Assembly (NCBI GenBank): GCA_046758445.1
Contig: JBHIAE010000002.1
Span: forward strand, 64,001-128,000
Origin: Candidatus Thorarchaeota archaeon
Lineage (GTDB): Archaea > Asgardarchaeota > Thorarchaeia > Thorarchaeales > Thorarchaeaceae
Reading direction: 5' to 3'
Length of the DNA stretch: 64,000 bases
Shown in pieces: positions 21,086 to 30,827 of this stretch (its first letter is position 1; each line of letters begins with the position of its first letter). A program made the position numbers and the translations under genes. A model generated the notes under the pieces. It made no database searches and was not told the origin of the DNA. It was given only the letters and a program-made list of their open reading frames with translations.

Positions 21086-21694
21086 ATGCCCAAAGTCGTA
21101 CCTGAGTATAAGGAAGAGGCAAAGAGGAGAATAATGAAACACGCGACGAAGCTATTCTCTGAGAGAGGGTACTCCAAGACTAGGATGATCGACATCGCAA
21201 AGAGTATGGGTGTGAGCAAGGGAGCAATCTATCAGTACTTCAGAAGCAAACAAGACCTCCTCATGTCAGTACTTCAAACACACACAGATACTAGGGGGAG
21301 AGAAGTGAGAAAGGTCTTAGACTCTGAAAACATCACCGCTATTTCCACTGGGGAGTTCTTCGATAGGATGCTAGCATTGCGGATGGGCTCACTTGCTCTT
21401 GGCCTAGACCTTCTCAGCGAAGCTGCCACGAACAGATCAGTCTTGCAGTGGATTCGGGGGAGTTACGAGTTGTGGGTGGAGGGCCTCTCCGGCATGATTG
21501 ACGGGTTCATAACTAGTGGCGTCATTAGGAGAAGTGTTGATTCGGAATCTTTAGCTAGAGGAATCCTAGCTCTGCGGGATGGCCTATACAGCGCACTCGA
21601 TCTGGGAAGTGACAAATCAAAGGCTCGAAGGGCTTGGGTCACTGTGATGAGTTCTCTAATGAAGGAGGTTCTTGTAGAATCCAAGACTCCTTGA
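21086..21694 (+). CDS. TetR/AcrR regulator
   Basis: MPKVVPEYKEEAK...DIAKSMGVSKGAIYQYFRSK. Confidence 0.92.
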   Translation: MPKVVPEYKEEAKRRIMKHATKLFSERGYSKTRMIDIAKSMGVSKGAIYQYFRSKQDLLMSVLQTHTDTRGREVRKVLDSENITAISTGEFFDRMLALRMGSLALGLDLLSEAATNRSVLQWIRGSYELWVEGLSGMIDGFITSGVIRRSVDSESLARGILALRDGLYSALDLGSDKSKARRAWVTVMSSLMKEVLVESKTP

Positions 21695-21759
21695 TTCAAA
21701 GACAGTGAGTGCCATGTGGATAGCAATTTAAGACTGAGAAACTGAATAGGGACGATAGG

Positions 21760-22146
21760 ATGATAGAAATCAAGCCCTCCCTATGCACCGAATGCCGAAT
21801 CTGTATGACGATCTGTTCTTGGACTCACTATAGCGAGTACAACATCAAACGCGCTCGCATAGCAGTCGAAGCTGAATGGCCGAAGACGCCTCAGATTGGA
21901 GTGTGCCAAGCCTGTGCGGGTCATGAATGTGTGCAGGCCTGCTCTCAAAATGCTTTGACGTGGGAGAGTTGGATTCTGCTTGACAAGGAAAGATGTAACT
22001 CATGCAGAGAGTGCGTTGAAGCATGTCCGGTTGACGGCATCACCATGGACCCAATCACAAATCTGCCCCTAGTATGCGATACTTGCGAGGGCGACTTTCA
22101 ATGCGTGGCATGGTGTCCCACTCAAGCTTTGCTGAAGGGCGTATGA
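21760..22146 (+). CDS. 4Fe-4S ferredoxin subunit associated with AOR
   Basis: Four Cys clusters (CTECRICMTIC, CQAC..CVQAC, CNSCRECVEACP, CDTC..CVAWCP); stop overlaps AOR start. Confidence 0.88.
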   Translation: MIEIKPSLCTECRICMTICSWTHYSEYNIKRARIAVEAEWPKTPQIGVCQACAGHECVQACSQNALTWESWILLDKERCNSCRECVEACPVDGITMDPITNLPLVCDTCEGDFQCVAWCPTQALLKGV

Positions 22147-23969
22147 AGATGGAAGACTGGCGTGGCTACATCGGGAAGATCCTGGATATTGATCTTAGCG
22201 GCGGTACTGCCACCGAACTAGAGCTGGATAGGGGCATGGCCGAAAGGTTTTTGGGAGGCAAGGGTTTTGGCGCAAAAATCCTGTTTGAACAGTTACCACC
22301 CCAATGCGACCCTCTCTCACCCAAGAATATCTTGGTCTTTGCTACAGGACCGCTGACAGGAACGTTTGCACCCGCCAGTGGGCGATTTGAGGTCTGCACC
22401 AAAAGCCCGGCAACAGGCCTCTGGCTAGACTCCAATTGCGGCGGCTTCTTTGGACCAGAATTGAAACAAGCCGGATATGACAGCATCATTATTCGAGGGC
22501 GAGCATCAGATCCGGTACTTCTTGTCATTGAAGACGATTCCACAGATTCTCGGGATGCTGCCAACCTCTGGGGCAAGGATGCTCTGACAACTCATCAGCG
22601 GATAAAGGATGAACTCAGAACAGATTTCCGGATTGCTTGTATTGGGCCAGCAGGAGAAGAGGGAGTGAGGTATGCGTCCATAATATCGGAATACCGTGCC
22701 CTAGGCAGAGGCGGAGCAGGAGCTGTGATGGGCTCCAAGAATCTCAAGGCCATTGCAGTCAAGGGCAGGAAGAGTATCTCTGTGCATGATCAAACGCGAT
22801 TCATGAAGACCTGCCGTGAAGCCTTCAATGAACTGGCCATTCATCCGGACACTGGAGGGGGTCGGCAGAAATACGGCACCAATGTGATTCTATCACTAAC
22901 AGAAGAAGTCGGAATACATCCAGTACGGAACTACCAGAAGGGACAGTTTGAGGGTGCTGACCGAGTCAATGAGCACACTATCGTAGACTTGTATGTTAGG
23001 AACAGAGCTTGTTTTGGCTGTCCAATCTATTGCAGCAAGATCGCCGAAGTAAAGGAAGGAACGTACAAGGGCAGTTTCACTGAAGGGCCGGAGTACGAGA
23101 ACGTCTGGGCCTTTGGAGCCAATTGTGAGAACGCTGATCTGGGAGCCATTGTCCAAGCCGAGTATCTCTGCGACTACTATGGCCTAGACGGTATCTCAAC
23201 AGGTGGTGTCATCGCTTTCCTAATGGAATGTGTCGAGAAGGGCATACTCTCTGAGTCTGACATCGGATTCTCTCTGGACTTTGGCAATGCTGAATCAATC
23301 ATAAAGGCCGTTCACCTGATTGGAAGGAGGGAGGGCCCTGGAATGCTCTGGGGTGAGGGCGTGAAACGGATGGCAGAGAAGCTCGAGGGCGCACAGGACC
23401 TAGCCATGCATGTGAAAGGATTGGAGCTCCCGGCCTATGATCCGAGAGGCTCCACGGGCATGGCTCTCGCCTACGCAACCAGCGACCGCGGCGGCTGTCA
23501 TCTTCGTTCTTGGCCCATTGGCGAGGAGCTGCTTGCCACTGAGAACAGACTGGATCTGGTGTCTGTAGAGCTGAAACCCGAACTGGTGAAGACACAACAG
23601 GACCTCTTCTGCTTGATCAACTCTACCGGGATGTGTCTCTTTGTAACCTTTGCACTGAATCTGAAACAGATCACCGCCTTCCTCCATGAGGCCACAGGAA
23701 TAGAGGCATTTGCATCATCTGCTGAACTGCTGAAGATCGGTGAACGTGTCAACAACCTTGTCAGGCTCTTCAACATCAGGGAAGGACTGACCAAAGAACT
23801 GGACACACTGCCCAAGCGGTTCTTCGAACAACCCCTCAGAGAAGGTCCAAGCAAGGATCAAGTCGTCGAGTTGGAGCTATTGATGGAAGAATACTACACC
23901 GTACGAGGTTGGGATTCAGATGGCGTCCCAACTAAGGAGAAGTTAAAGGAACTCACCATTGAGCAATAG
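22143..23969 (+). CDS. aor: tungsten aldehyde:ferredoxin oxidoreductase
   Basis: KSPATG, GRGGAGAVMGSKNLKAI, CFGCPIYC, EYE, GLDGIS, RGGCH, RGWD. Confidence 0.93.
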   Translation: MKMEDWRGYIGKILDIDLSGGTATELELDRGMAERFLGGKGFGAKILFEQLPPQCDPLSPKNILVFATGPLTGTFAPASGRFEVCTKSPATGLWLDSNCGGFFGPELKQAGYDSIIIRGRASDPVLLVIEDDSTDSRDAANLWGKDALTTHQRIKDELRTDFRIACIGPAGEEGVRYASIISEYRALGRGGAGAVMGSKNLKAIAVKGRKSISVHDQTRFMKTCREAFNELAIHPDTGGGRQKYGTNVILSLTEEVGIHPVRNYQKGQFEGADRVNEHTIVDLYVRNRACFGCPIYCSKIAEVKEGTYKGSFTEGPEYENVWAFGANCENADLGAIVQAEYLCDYYGLDGISTGGVIAFLMECVEKGILSESDIGFSLDFGNAESIIKAVHLIGRREGPGMLWGEGVKRMAEKLEGAQDLAMHVKGLELPAYDPRGSTGMALAYATSDRGGCHLRSWPIGEELLATENRLDLVSVELKPELVKTQQDLFCLINSTGMCLFVTFALNLKQITAFLHEATGIEAFASSAELLKIGERVNNLVRLFNIREGLTKELDTLPKRFFEQPLREGPSKDQVVELELLMEEYYTVRGWDSDGVPTKEKLKELTIEQ

Positions 23970-24113
23970 TAGTCTTGCGTCTAGCATTGCTGCGATGAGT
24001 CTTGACGACTCAAGTCAAGCACCCCAGTTGAATAAGCTACTTTCAAATAACACACAGGATTGATATCCCCCAATCATACAATGCTGACGTCTACGCAAGA
24101 TTGAGGTCTTATC

Positions 24114-25025
24114 ATGTTCAAGCCCGAAGGCGTCTATGTGGCGATGCTCACACCGTTCAATGAAGATGGCTCCCTTAATGAGGCGGAATTGCGGAAGATT
24201 GTGGACTTTCTGATTGAATCTGGAGTACACGGGCTCTTTCCTATCAGCTCTGTTGGAGAATTCATCCACATGTCCACAGATGAGAAAATCCGGATGATGG
24301 AAGTCATTGTGAGTCAGAACAAAGGACGAATTCGGATTACTCCTGGTGTTGGTAGCAGCCATCCAGCTGAATCAATTCATCTCGCTCAAAAGGCGAAGGA
24401 GATTGGCTGCGATGGAGTCGTTGTAGCACCACCTTACTTCTTTCAGCTCTCCCAAGAAAACATCGAGAAGTATTACGAAACTATCTCGGATGCTGTTGAT
24501 TTACCCATTATTCTCTACAATATCCCACTCTTCACTCAACCCTTGAATTATGATGTTGTCAAACGCCTTTCAAGAAGAGAGAATGTCGTGGCGATGAAGG
24601 ACAGCAGCGGAAGCATGGTCGACTTCATGCACTTCATGGATAAGATCAGAGTCATCGGAGAGGACTTGAACATTCTAGCTGGCAGAGAAGAAACGCTCTT
24701 TCCTACACTCATGGTCGGTGGCAAGGGATGCATGACAGCCACAGCCGGGATTCTGCCTGAGAAGATGCTAGGCATCTATGAGGCGTGGAAAGCAGGAGAT
24801 TACGAGCGAGCCCTCGAACTTCAATACTCAATCTTGCTTCCTGTTCGGACAATGTTCTCTATCACATTTCCATTGGGCTTCAAAGTTGCGATGGAGATGA
24901 GAGGGTTTCAGATGGGGCCACCAAAACAACCTCTCTCAGACGCGGAGCGCTTCAAGTTCAATACAACCAAGGTGCGAATCCAGAAGATTATGAAACCCAT
25001 CTTGGAGAAACTCGACAGGACCTAG
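24114..25025 (+). CDS. dihydrodipicolinate synthase/class I aldolase family protein
   Basis: TPF, SSVGEF, PPYF, LYNIP, MKDSSG (Schiff-base Lys). Confidence 0.88.
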   Translation: MFKPEGVYVAMLTPFNEDGSLNEAELRKIVDFLIESGVHGLFPISSVGEFIHMSTDEKIRMMEVIVSQNKGRIRITPGVGSSHPAESIHLAQKAKEIGCDGVVVAPPYFFQLSQENIEKYYETISDAVDLPIILYNIPLFTQPLNYDVVKRLSRRENVVAMKDSSGSMVDFMHFMDKIRVIGEDLNILAGREETLFPTLMVGGKGCMTATAGILPEKMLGIYEAWKAGDYERALELQYSILLPVRTMFSITFPLGFKVAMEMRGFQMGPPKQPLSDAERFKFNTTKVRIQKIMKPILEKLDRT

Positions 25026-25134
25026 CATGGCCAGGTAAAGCTGACTAACACGAGGATCTCAACACAGATGCAAAGTAGTATATACGAAGAACGTGTTAAC
25101 AATAGTCAACCCTCGTTTGTAGGAGTCAAAGCCA

Positions 25135-25836
25135 GTGGATGACATTCAGGAATTCTCAGGCTTTCCTGAGGAGGCTCTAGATTTCTTCGGGGAGCTGAGG
25201 GAGAACAACTATAGAGATTGGTTCAACGAGAGAAAGAGCGACTATCAGGAGTATGTTCTGAAACCCGCTCAAGCATTCGTTGTAGCTCTTGGTGAACGCC
25301 TGACAGCTATCTCTGACAGCATTATCTCTGACACAAGGACGAATGGCAGAGGATCAATATTGCGGATCTATCGCGATATCCGGTTCAGCAAGGATAAGTC
25401 ACCTTATCATACTAGGCTCAGAATCCGGTTCCGGGAGGGCTCTGGAGAGAAGAATACTCAACCGGGTTTCTTCTTCGCGATGGATGAAACAGGCGGGAGG
25501 CTAATGGGAGGGATGCACATGTTTCCAAAGCCCCTTCTTGAGGAATACAGGCAAGCAGTTCTCGATGACCGAGCTGGTCCCCTTCTGGTAAAGGCCATTG
25601 ACGGCATCAAGAGCCTGCCTGGATATACCGTTGGAGGCGAGCACTACAAGCGAGTTCCAAGAGGCTTTGATCCAAATCATCCTCGGGCAGACCTTCTCCG
25701 CTATAACACACTGCACGTGAGTTCATCTAGGATTCCAGTCGGCCTCTTGAAGAAGCCTGATCTCATTGATGCCTGCTTTCAGCATGGTCTCAATATGGCG
25801 CCTATCCATCACTGGTTGGTCCAACTATCCCGGTAG
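25135..25836 (+). CDS. DUF2461 family protein
   Basis: L.ENN.RDWF, RIYRDIRFSKDKSPY, KRVPRGF. Confidence 0.88.
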   Translation: MDDIQEFSGFPEEALDFFGELRENNYRDWFNERKSDYQEYVLKPAQAFVVALGERLTAISDSIISDTRTNGRGSILRIYRDIRFSKDKSPYHTRLRIRFREGSGEKNTQPGFFFAMDETGGRLMGGMHMFPKPLLEEYRQAVLDDRAGPLLVKAIDGIKSLPGYTVGGEHYKRVPRGFDPNHPRADLLRYNTLHVSSSRIPVGLLKKPDLIDACFQHGLNMAPIHHWLVQLSR

Positions 25837-25975
25837 TACTCGTTCCGCCCTCTTGAGAACGACATGATCCTGGCCAATCAGAGAGCCTCAGAAACCATGA
25901 TCTAGGAACGACTCTAGTCACAGGTTGAAGAGCGTGCCTGAAAGGGCCGGAGGAATACATGTGCACGTCGACTAA

Positions 25976-26356
25976 TCAGGAATCCAAGAAGAAATCCCCT
26001 AGCTCCACCATACCTCGAGGGAAATACGGGATGAAAGCACGAAATCTCTGTCCTTCAATGGTCAAGGTCAACACCTGACCCGATCTATAGCTTTGTCCCG
26101 CCCAAAATACCCCCTCAGCATCTGTGGTGACTATTTCGCTGATGAGCTCATCTGTTGCGAAGATGCGGACGTCGACATTAACAGCAGGAATCCAGTCCCC
26201 TGAGGTTTCGTCGGTCGCGTTCCAGCGATAGACATGACCTCTAACGACTGCTGGCCTCCCACCAATGACCAACGCAGGTGCTGGTGAATACTCACCTAGA
26301 AGGACTGGCGCGGTGAACATCGAGCCGGACGTCACGATGATGACTAGCACTATCAA
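25976..26356 (-). CDS. hypothetical membrane-anchored beta-sandwich protein; lacks a good start and may be the -1 frame extension of 26401-26685
   Basis: TM segment then V.G.V...V...TTDAEGVF pattern; frame is open upstream to 26431. Confidence 0.6.
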   Translation of the reverse strand: MIVLVIIVTSGSMFTAPVLLGEYSPAPALVIGGRPAVVRGHVYRWNATDETSGDWIPAVNVDVRIFATDELISEIVTTDAEGVFWAGQSYRSGQVLTLTIEGQRFRAFIPYFPRGMVELGDFFLDS

Positions 26357-26400
26357 CAGTAAGGCAATTCCTCGCTTTGGTAACCTGCCAATCCCGGGGA

Positions 26401-26685
26401 CTAATCGTCCCCCTCGGATTTTTTTGGGAGATTAGCATATAGGCGGTAGAGCCGATCAACCATTCTGTCAACTATAGCGCTAGAAACGACGATTCCAAAG
26501 CCGATGACAATTGCGCCGACGCTAGACACGCGGACCCATTCGATACCCGCCCATATTATGTAGTCGGCAACGAGCTCACCAAAACCCCACCAGATGATGA
26601 TGAAACCGACAAGCATCAATAGGCGGAACACTAGTTTGATTCTCCAAAATCCACCATTCTGGGTTTGTTCCTCACCCATTCCCAC
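26401..26685 (-). CDS. small two-TM membrane protein
   Basis: Two hydrophobic helices; GAGGTG RBS-like sequence at the start. Confidence 0.65.
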   Translation of the reverse strand: MGMGEEQTQNGGFWRIKLVFRLLMLVGFIIIWWGFGELVADYIIWAGIEWVRVSSVGAIVIGFGIVVSSAIVDRMVDRLYRLYANLPKKSEGDD

Positions 26686-26879
26686 ACCTCATTTCCCTAG
26701 ACACCACACTTTCCTTTTAGAGTATCTGTTTGAGTAAGATTTGTACTGATGGAGAAGACATATCATCCCGCAGCTTTTCCTTGGGACTGCAGGTTGGGCA
26801 TGCATGATGTTTCCACCGGTCCAATCACGTTGAGTCCAAACGTCAGAAGAAAGAGAGCCAGCCTCACCAAGACGCATGG

Positions 26880-28001
26880 CTAGAGGAAGGGAGAAACCGT
26901 ACTCAAGATCTTCTTGATGGTCCTGCGGTTGAATCTCACCACACCTTTCTCCTCCTTTCTCTTCTCCTGATCCTCAAGTTCAGGGCAAGGCCTGCCCTGC
27001 AGGCCTTCGAGAGTTGCTCTGATGCAAGGTCCCAGAGTCAACGGATTATAACCGCCCTCAAGGACCCAGAATGACCCTTTCATTCCGCATGACTTGACAA
27101 GTTTCTCAATTGTGGATGCTATGAACCAGTATGTTTCGGAGTCCACCGCCATCTCCCCAATGGGATCGGCGAAGTGAGCGTCATACCCAGCTGAAACTGC
27201 AATCAAGTCAGGGTTGAAGCTCTCAATGGCCGGAATCGCTATCTTCTCAATGGCGGCCTTGTACGATGAATCTGGAGATTCCTGGTGGAGGGGTATGTTG
27301 ATATTCGTGCCTTCCCCTCTTCCATGCCCGGTTTCTCTATAGTGCCCAATTCCATAGCTTATGTAGTCGTATTCGTGGATGCTAATGAACTGAACTTTGG
27401 GGTCCTCATAGAAGATTTCTGACGTTCCGTTTCCAAAATGATCGTCTATGTCCAGTATGGAAACCCTTTGTGCCTGATTCTCAACTAGCAAATCTCTCAC
27501 TGCAACTGCTACATTGTTGAAGAAGCAGAGCCCCATTGAAGAGGAGGTTGTGGCATGATGGCCCGGTGGACGTACCAAGGCAAAGGAATGTCTGCAGACC
27601 TCAGAAGCCGCAAGTTCCGCCGCAAAGAGCGCTCCTCCCAGTGCGTGCATTGCCGATGACCACAAGTCTTCGCTGGCCCAGGCAGACTCACCCAGTACTC
27701 CCCCACCTAGCTCCGACATCAGCTCCACTGACTGTACGAGGTACGGCTTATGAACACGCAGAGCCTCTTCCTTGGTTGCCTGAGCAGTCTTGAACTTCCT
27801 TATGCCCTCCAGTGCTCCAGATTCCTCGAGATACTGTAGACTCATCTGAATCCGTTCTGGATTCTCAAACGCCTCTAGATTGGGTTTTACGAATGGTGCA
27901 ACATGTTGGTCAAATCCCGACTGCTCAATGAGAGTCAGCGTATTCTCTGGCAATTGAAACTCAACTCGACAAGATATGGCCACTTCCTTATACTCTTTCA
28001 T
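26880..28001 (-). CDS. Zn-dependent histone deacetylase-family protein
   Basis: ENPER, RPPGHHA, GLCFFNN, DIDDHFGNGT, SAGYDAH..DP, LEGGY. Confidence 0.93.
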   Translation of the reverse strand: MKEYKEVAISCRVEFQLPENTLTLIEQSGFDQHVAPFVKPNLEAFENPERIQMSLQYLEESGALEGIRKFKTAQATKEEALRVHKPYLVQSVELMSELGGGVLGESAWASEDLWSSAMHALGGALFAAELAASEVCRHSFALVRPPGHHATTSSSMGLCFFNNVAVAVRDLLVENQAQRVSILDIDDHFGNGTSEIFYEDPKVQFISIHEYDYISYGIGHYRETGHGRGEGTNINIPLHQESPDSSYKAAIEKIAIPAIESFNPDLIAVSAGYDAHFADPIGEMAVDSETYWFIASTIEKLVKSCGMKGSFWVLEGGYNPLTLGPCIRATLEGLQGRPCPELEDQEKRKEEKGVVRFNRRTIKKILSTVSPFL

Positions 28002-28036
28002 TGGACGAGTTGCTCAGAAGTGCAGCTGTACTTCTA

Positions 28037-28507
28037 TCAAGCAGTAGCAATCCGGAACGGCACATAGTCAGTCATGAGGACCTTCTTCCCAAGCCCCCTG
28101 AGGCTGGCCACGATCTGTCCGCGGTGATACGTGGAGTGGTTCACCATATGGAACAGGAACTCACTGAATACCACCCTAATCTTGTTGCCGTCCGCATCCA
28201 ATTCTAGGGCATCGAAAGCTCTATTCTTGATTAGATCAACAAGCTTTCTCTCGTAGACGGCGATGCTCTCGAACAGCTCGTCCCTTGGCATGTTCTCAAA
28301 GTCGGGCTCGTCCTCGGGGCTCTCACCAGTCCAGTCGTTGTACCATTGGTATATATCCAGAGCAAGATGGACGTACCTTGCTCGTATACTTCTCATGCCT
28401 CCGCCTGATGATTGAGCGAATTCCTCATCAGTCAGGTTCTTCACTAGATTCCAAATCGCCTCATCGGCCCATATCAAGTATTGGCCCAGTTTCTCCAGCA
28501 GTTCCAT
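28037..28507 (-). CDS. DinB family protein
   Basis: SI...VH, HMVNHSTYHRGQI. Confidence 0.9.
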   Translation of the reverse strand: MELLEKLGQYLIWADEAIWNLVKNLTDEEFAQSSGGGMRSIRARYVHLALDIYQWYNDWTGESPEDEPDFENMPRDELFESIAVYERKLVDLIKNRAFDALELDADGNKIRVVFSEFLFHMVNHSTYHRGQIVASLRGLGKKVLMTDYVPFRIATA

Positions 28508-28629
28508 GAACCTAGTTTGACTCTATCACTGAAAAAGAATCGGTATAGACGTATCACGATGACCCACGTCTTGAGATAGTACCAAGAGGATTACTTAAGA
28601 GCGGGCCGCTTCACCTCGGGCCCAAGAAA

Positions 28630-28857
28630 ATGAGCAGCCAGCGTAGCACTTCGAAGAAACTATTGGGCGTGATTGTTGCAGCTGTGATCCTAGCAACTTG
28701 GGTCCTAGTGGACTTGTACTTTCTCTCTTCCATTGTAGGTGAATATAGCTACCCAATCTATGAGTTGGCGACCTATGGTTCCTGGTTTGTAATCATTCTA
28801 GTTGTTCTCTTCGTATGCTCATGGGCCGGATGCATACCTGAACGTCAACAAGATTAG
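28630..28857 (+). CDS. small membrane protein
   Basis: Two TM helices; TTAA-type promoter element upstream. Confidence 0.55.
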   Translation: MSSQRSTSKKLLGVIVAAVILATWVLVDLYFLSSIVGEYSYPIYELATYGSWFVIILVVLFVCSWAGCIPERQQD

Positions 28858-28915
28858 CCCAAAGAAGGCTTCTAATACTTGCAGCACTGCCCTCTCAACC
28901 CAAGGGGTATCCAGA

Positions 28916-29752
28916 ATGAGATTCGCGATCGACCTTCCAACCCCTCCGATTGCCGGAGGAACTGCCGAGATGATTGTCGACTGGGCTGTGATGGCTGAAG
29001 ATGCTGGATGGGACTCATTCTGTCTATGGAACCATCTACTAATGTCCTATCCACAACCAAGTGAGTCGCTTGATCCTTGGGTCCTCTATTCTGCAATTGC
29101 CACGAAGACAAAGAAAATCAAACTGGGTCCAACATATGCTCCTCTACCCAGATTGAGGCCTTGGAAACTGGCTCGCGCATTGGCTACGCTTGACCAGCTC
29201 TCGAGGGGGCGGGTGATCATGGGTGCAGTACTTGGCACGAGCGAGGACCATGAAGTCTTTGGTGAGGAAAGCAAAGACAGAATCCGTGCAGAGAAGTTGG
29301 AAGAAGGGCTAGCCATTCTAACTGGGCTCTGGTCTGGTAGACCGTTCTCTTTTGAAGGACGTCACTTCACCTTGAAAGAAGTCACTTTCATACCTACCCC
29401 TGTTCAGAAACCGAGAATCCCTATCTGGGTTGGAGGCATGTTCCCGAGCAAAGCGCCATTCAAGCGGGCCGCAAAATGGGACGGTGTCATGCCTGCACGC
29501 ATGTGGCCAGAAGAGCTATCCCGGGATGACCTTCGTGATATTCTGCACTTGATTGAACTGCACCGTGGGGATTTGAAAGACTTCGAGGTCATAGTCGGAG
29601 GTCGGACATCCGGCAGGCCAAGAGAAGATGATGAAACTCTCCAACCATGGATTGAGGCTGGAGCTACATGGTGGTCTGAAGGACTCAATGCCTGGAGAGG
29701 AAGACGTGAGGAGCTCGAGGAGCGAATACAGTTGGGTCCGCCGGAGATATAG
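28916..29752 (+). CDS. LLM-class flavin-dependent oxidoreductase
   Basis: AEDAGWD, DPWV, RPWKLAR..ATLDQLSRGR, IPIWVGG. Confidence 0.9.
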   Translation: MRFAIDLPTPPIAGGTAEMIVDWAVMAEDAGWDSFCLWNHLLMSYPQPSESLDPWVLYSAIATKTKKIKLGPTYAPLPRLRPWKLARALATLDQLSRGRVIMGAVLGTSEDHEVFGEESKDRIRAEKLEEGLAILTGLWSGRPFSFEGRHFTLKEVTFIPTPVQKPRIPIWVGGMFPSKAPFKRAAKWDGVMPARMWPEELSRDDLRDILHLIELHRGDLKDFEVIVGGRTSGRPREDDETLQPWIEAGATWWSEGLNAWRGRREELEERIQLGPPEI

Positions 29753-29756
29753 CTCC

Positions 29757-30707
29757 CTACGGGAGATAGGACTTGTCTAGGTCAAAACTCTTCAGAGCCT
29801 TTAGACAGTTGAGAGTGATCTTTCCAGCCCATTCCTTCTCAGCGACGGGCCAAACGTCCTCAAATTGGCCCCATTTCCAAGTCGGCCACCAGCCACCATC
29901 CTCCGCTTGTTTCTCGATCTCTAGGTCGAGGAGATGGTATACATTGCCGGGATGAGTGCGAGCCAAGATTGAATCAATGGATGGTGATAGCCAGAATACC
30001 CTGATCTCGCCTAGCACTTCTTGTGTGAGTGGTGCGATCTCACGAAAAGTACGTTCTATCTTCTCCATAGCTTGGGACTTTAGGGGCTCAGGCATGCTCT
30101 GATAGGCCCTCTCCCAACACATCACGTTATACAGTCCTTCGATGGTTTCAGAGCTCTCTAGGTTAGTCAGGGCGCGTTGGCTCATCTGTCTAAGCAGGCT
30201 GTCTGGAATGAGGTCCGCATATCTGTGGCAGTATCCAAGAAGCTCCGCACTCGGATTTGGCCAACTGGACTCTTTGGGCGGTGCAATCTCTTCAAGATGC
30301 CACCAAGGCGCATGAGGTTCTTCGTTGACATCCATGAATGTGAATGTCCAATAGTCATGCTCTCTATCGTACGTAGAAACTAGATACTCCATGGCAGACT
30401 TGATGACAGGACTGTCTTCTCCAAGGCTTATCTCCACACAGTACTGAAGTCCCACAGAAGTCGCGAACGGGGAGGACGCTCTTGACCGCAGATCGGGTTC
30501 TATTGCATTTCCAAATCCGCCATCAGAGTTCTGATACTCTTCTAACTCTCCAAGAACCTCATCGGCATGGCCGTTCTCAAAGTGGTACTCAAACAGCGCA
30601 CGATCAATATCCCTGGCATTCTTCCGGATGAATTCACATGCCCTTGAGAAAGATTCTGAGGTGAGTTTCAATCGCATGGCCTCTTGTCTATCTGAGGCTT
30701 GTTTCAT
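29757..30707 (-). CDS. alpha-alpha toroid (prenyltransferase/terpene-cyclase-like) hypothetical protein
   Basis: QW-like motifs YQNSDGGFG and QAEDGGW; HAPWW. Confidence 0.65.
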   Translation of the reverse strand: MKQASDRQEAMRLKLTSESFSRACEFIRKNARDIDRALFEYHFENGHADEVLGELEEYQNSDGGFGNAIEPDLRSRASSPFATSVGLQYCVEISLGEDSPVIKSAMEYLVSTYDREHDYWTFTFMDVNEEPHAPWWHLEEIAPPKESSWPNPSAELLGYCHRYADLIPDSLLRQMSQRALTNLESSETIEGLYNVMCWERAYQSMPEPLKSQAMEKIERTFREIAPLTQEVLGEIRVFWLSPSIDSILARTHPGNVYHLLDLEIEKQAEDGGWWPTWKWGQFEDVWPVAEKEWAGKITLNCLKALKSFDLDKSYLP

Positions 30708-30743
30708 TCAAGCCGTGTGTTTATGTGTTCGTGTATGCAAAGG

Positions 30744-30811
30744 TTTATATCAATAGCGATATCAATATTGATATCGGAAGCGATATCGAGAACGATATCT
30801 GCGCCGATATT
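30744..30811 (+). promoter_or_regulatory. TATA box plus six GATATC-like boxes at exact 12-bp period (candidate PadR operator)
   Basis: TATATC 30746; GATATC 30758, 30770, 30782, 30794; GATATT 30806; perfect palindrome CGATATCAATATTGATATCG at 30757-30776. Confidence 0.75.
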
Positions 30812-30827
30812 GGAGAAAGAAGACGAA

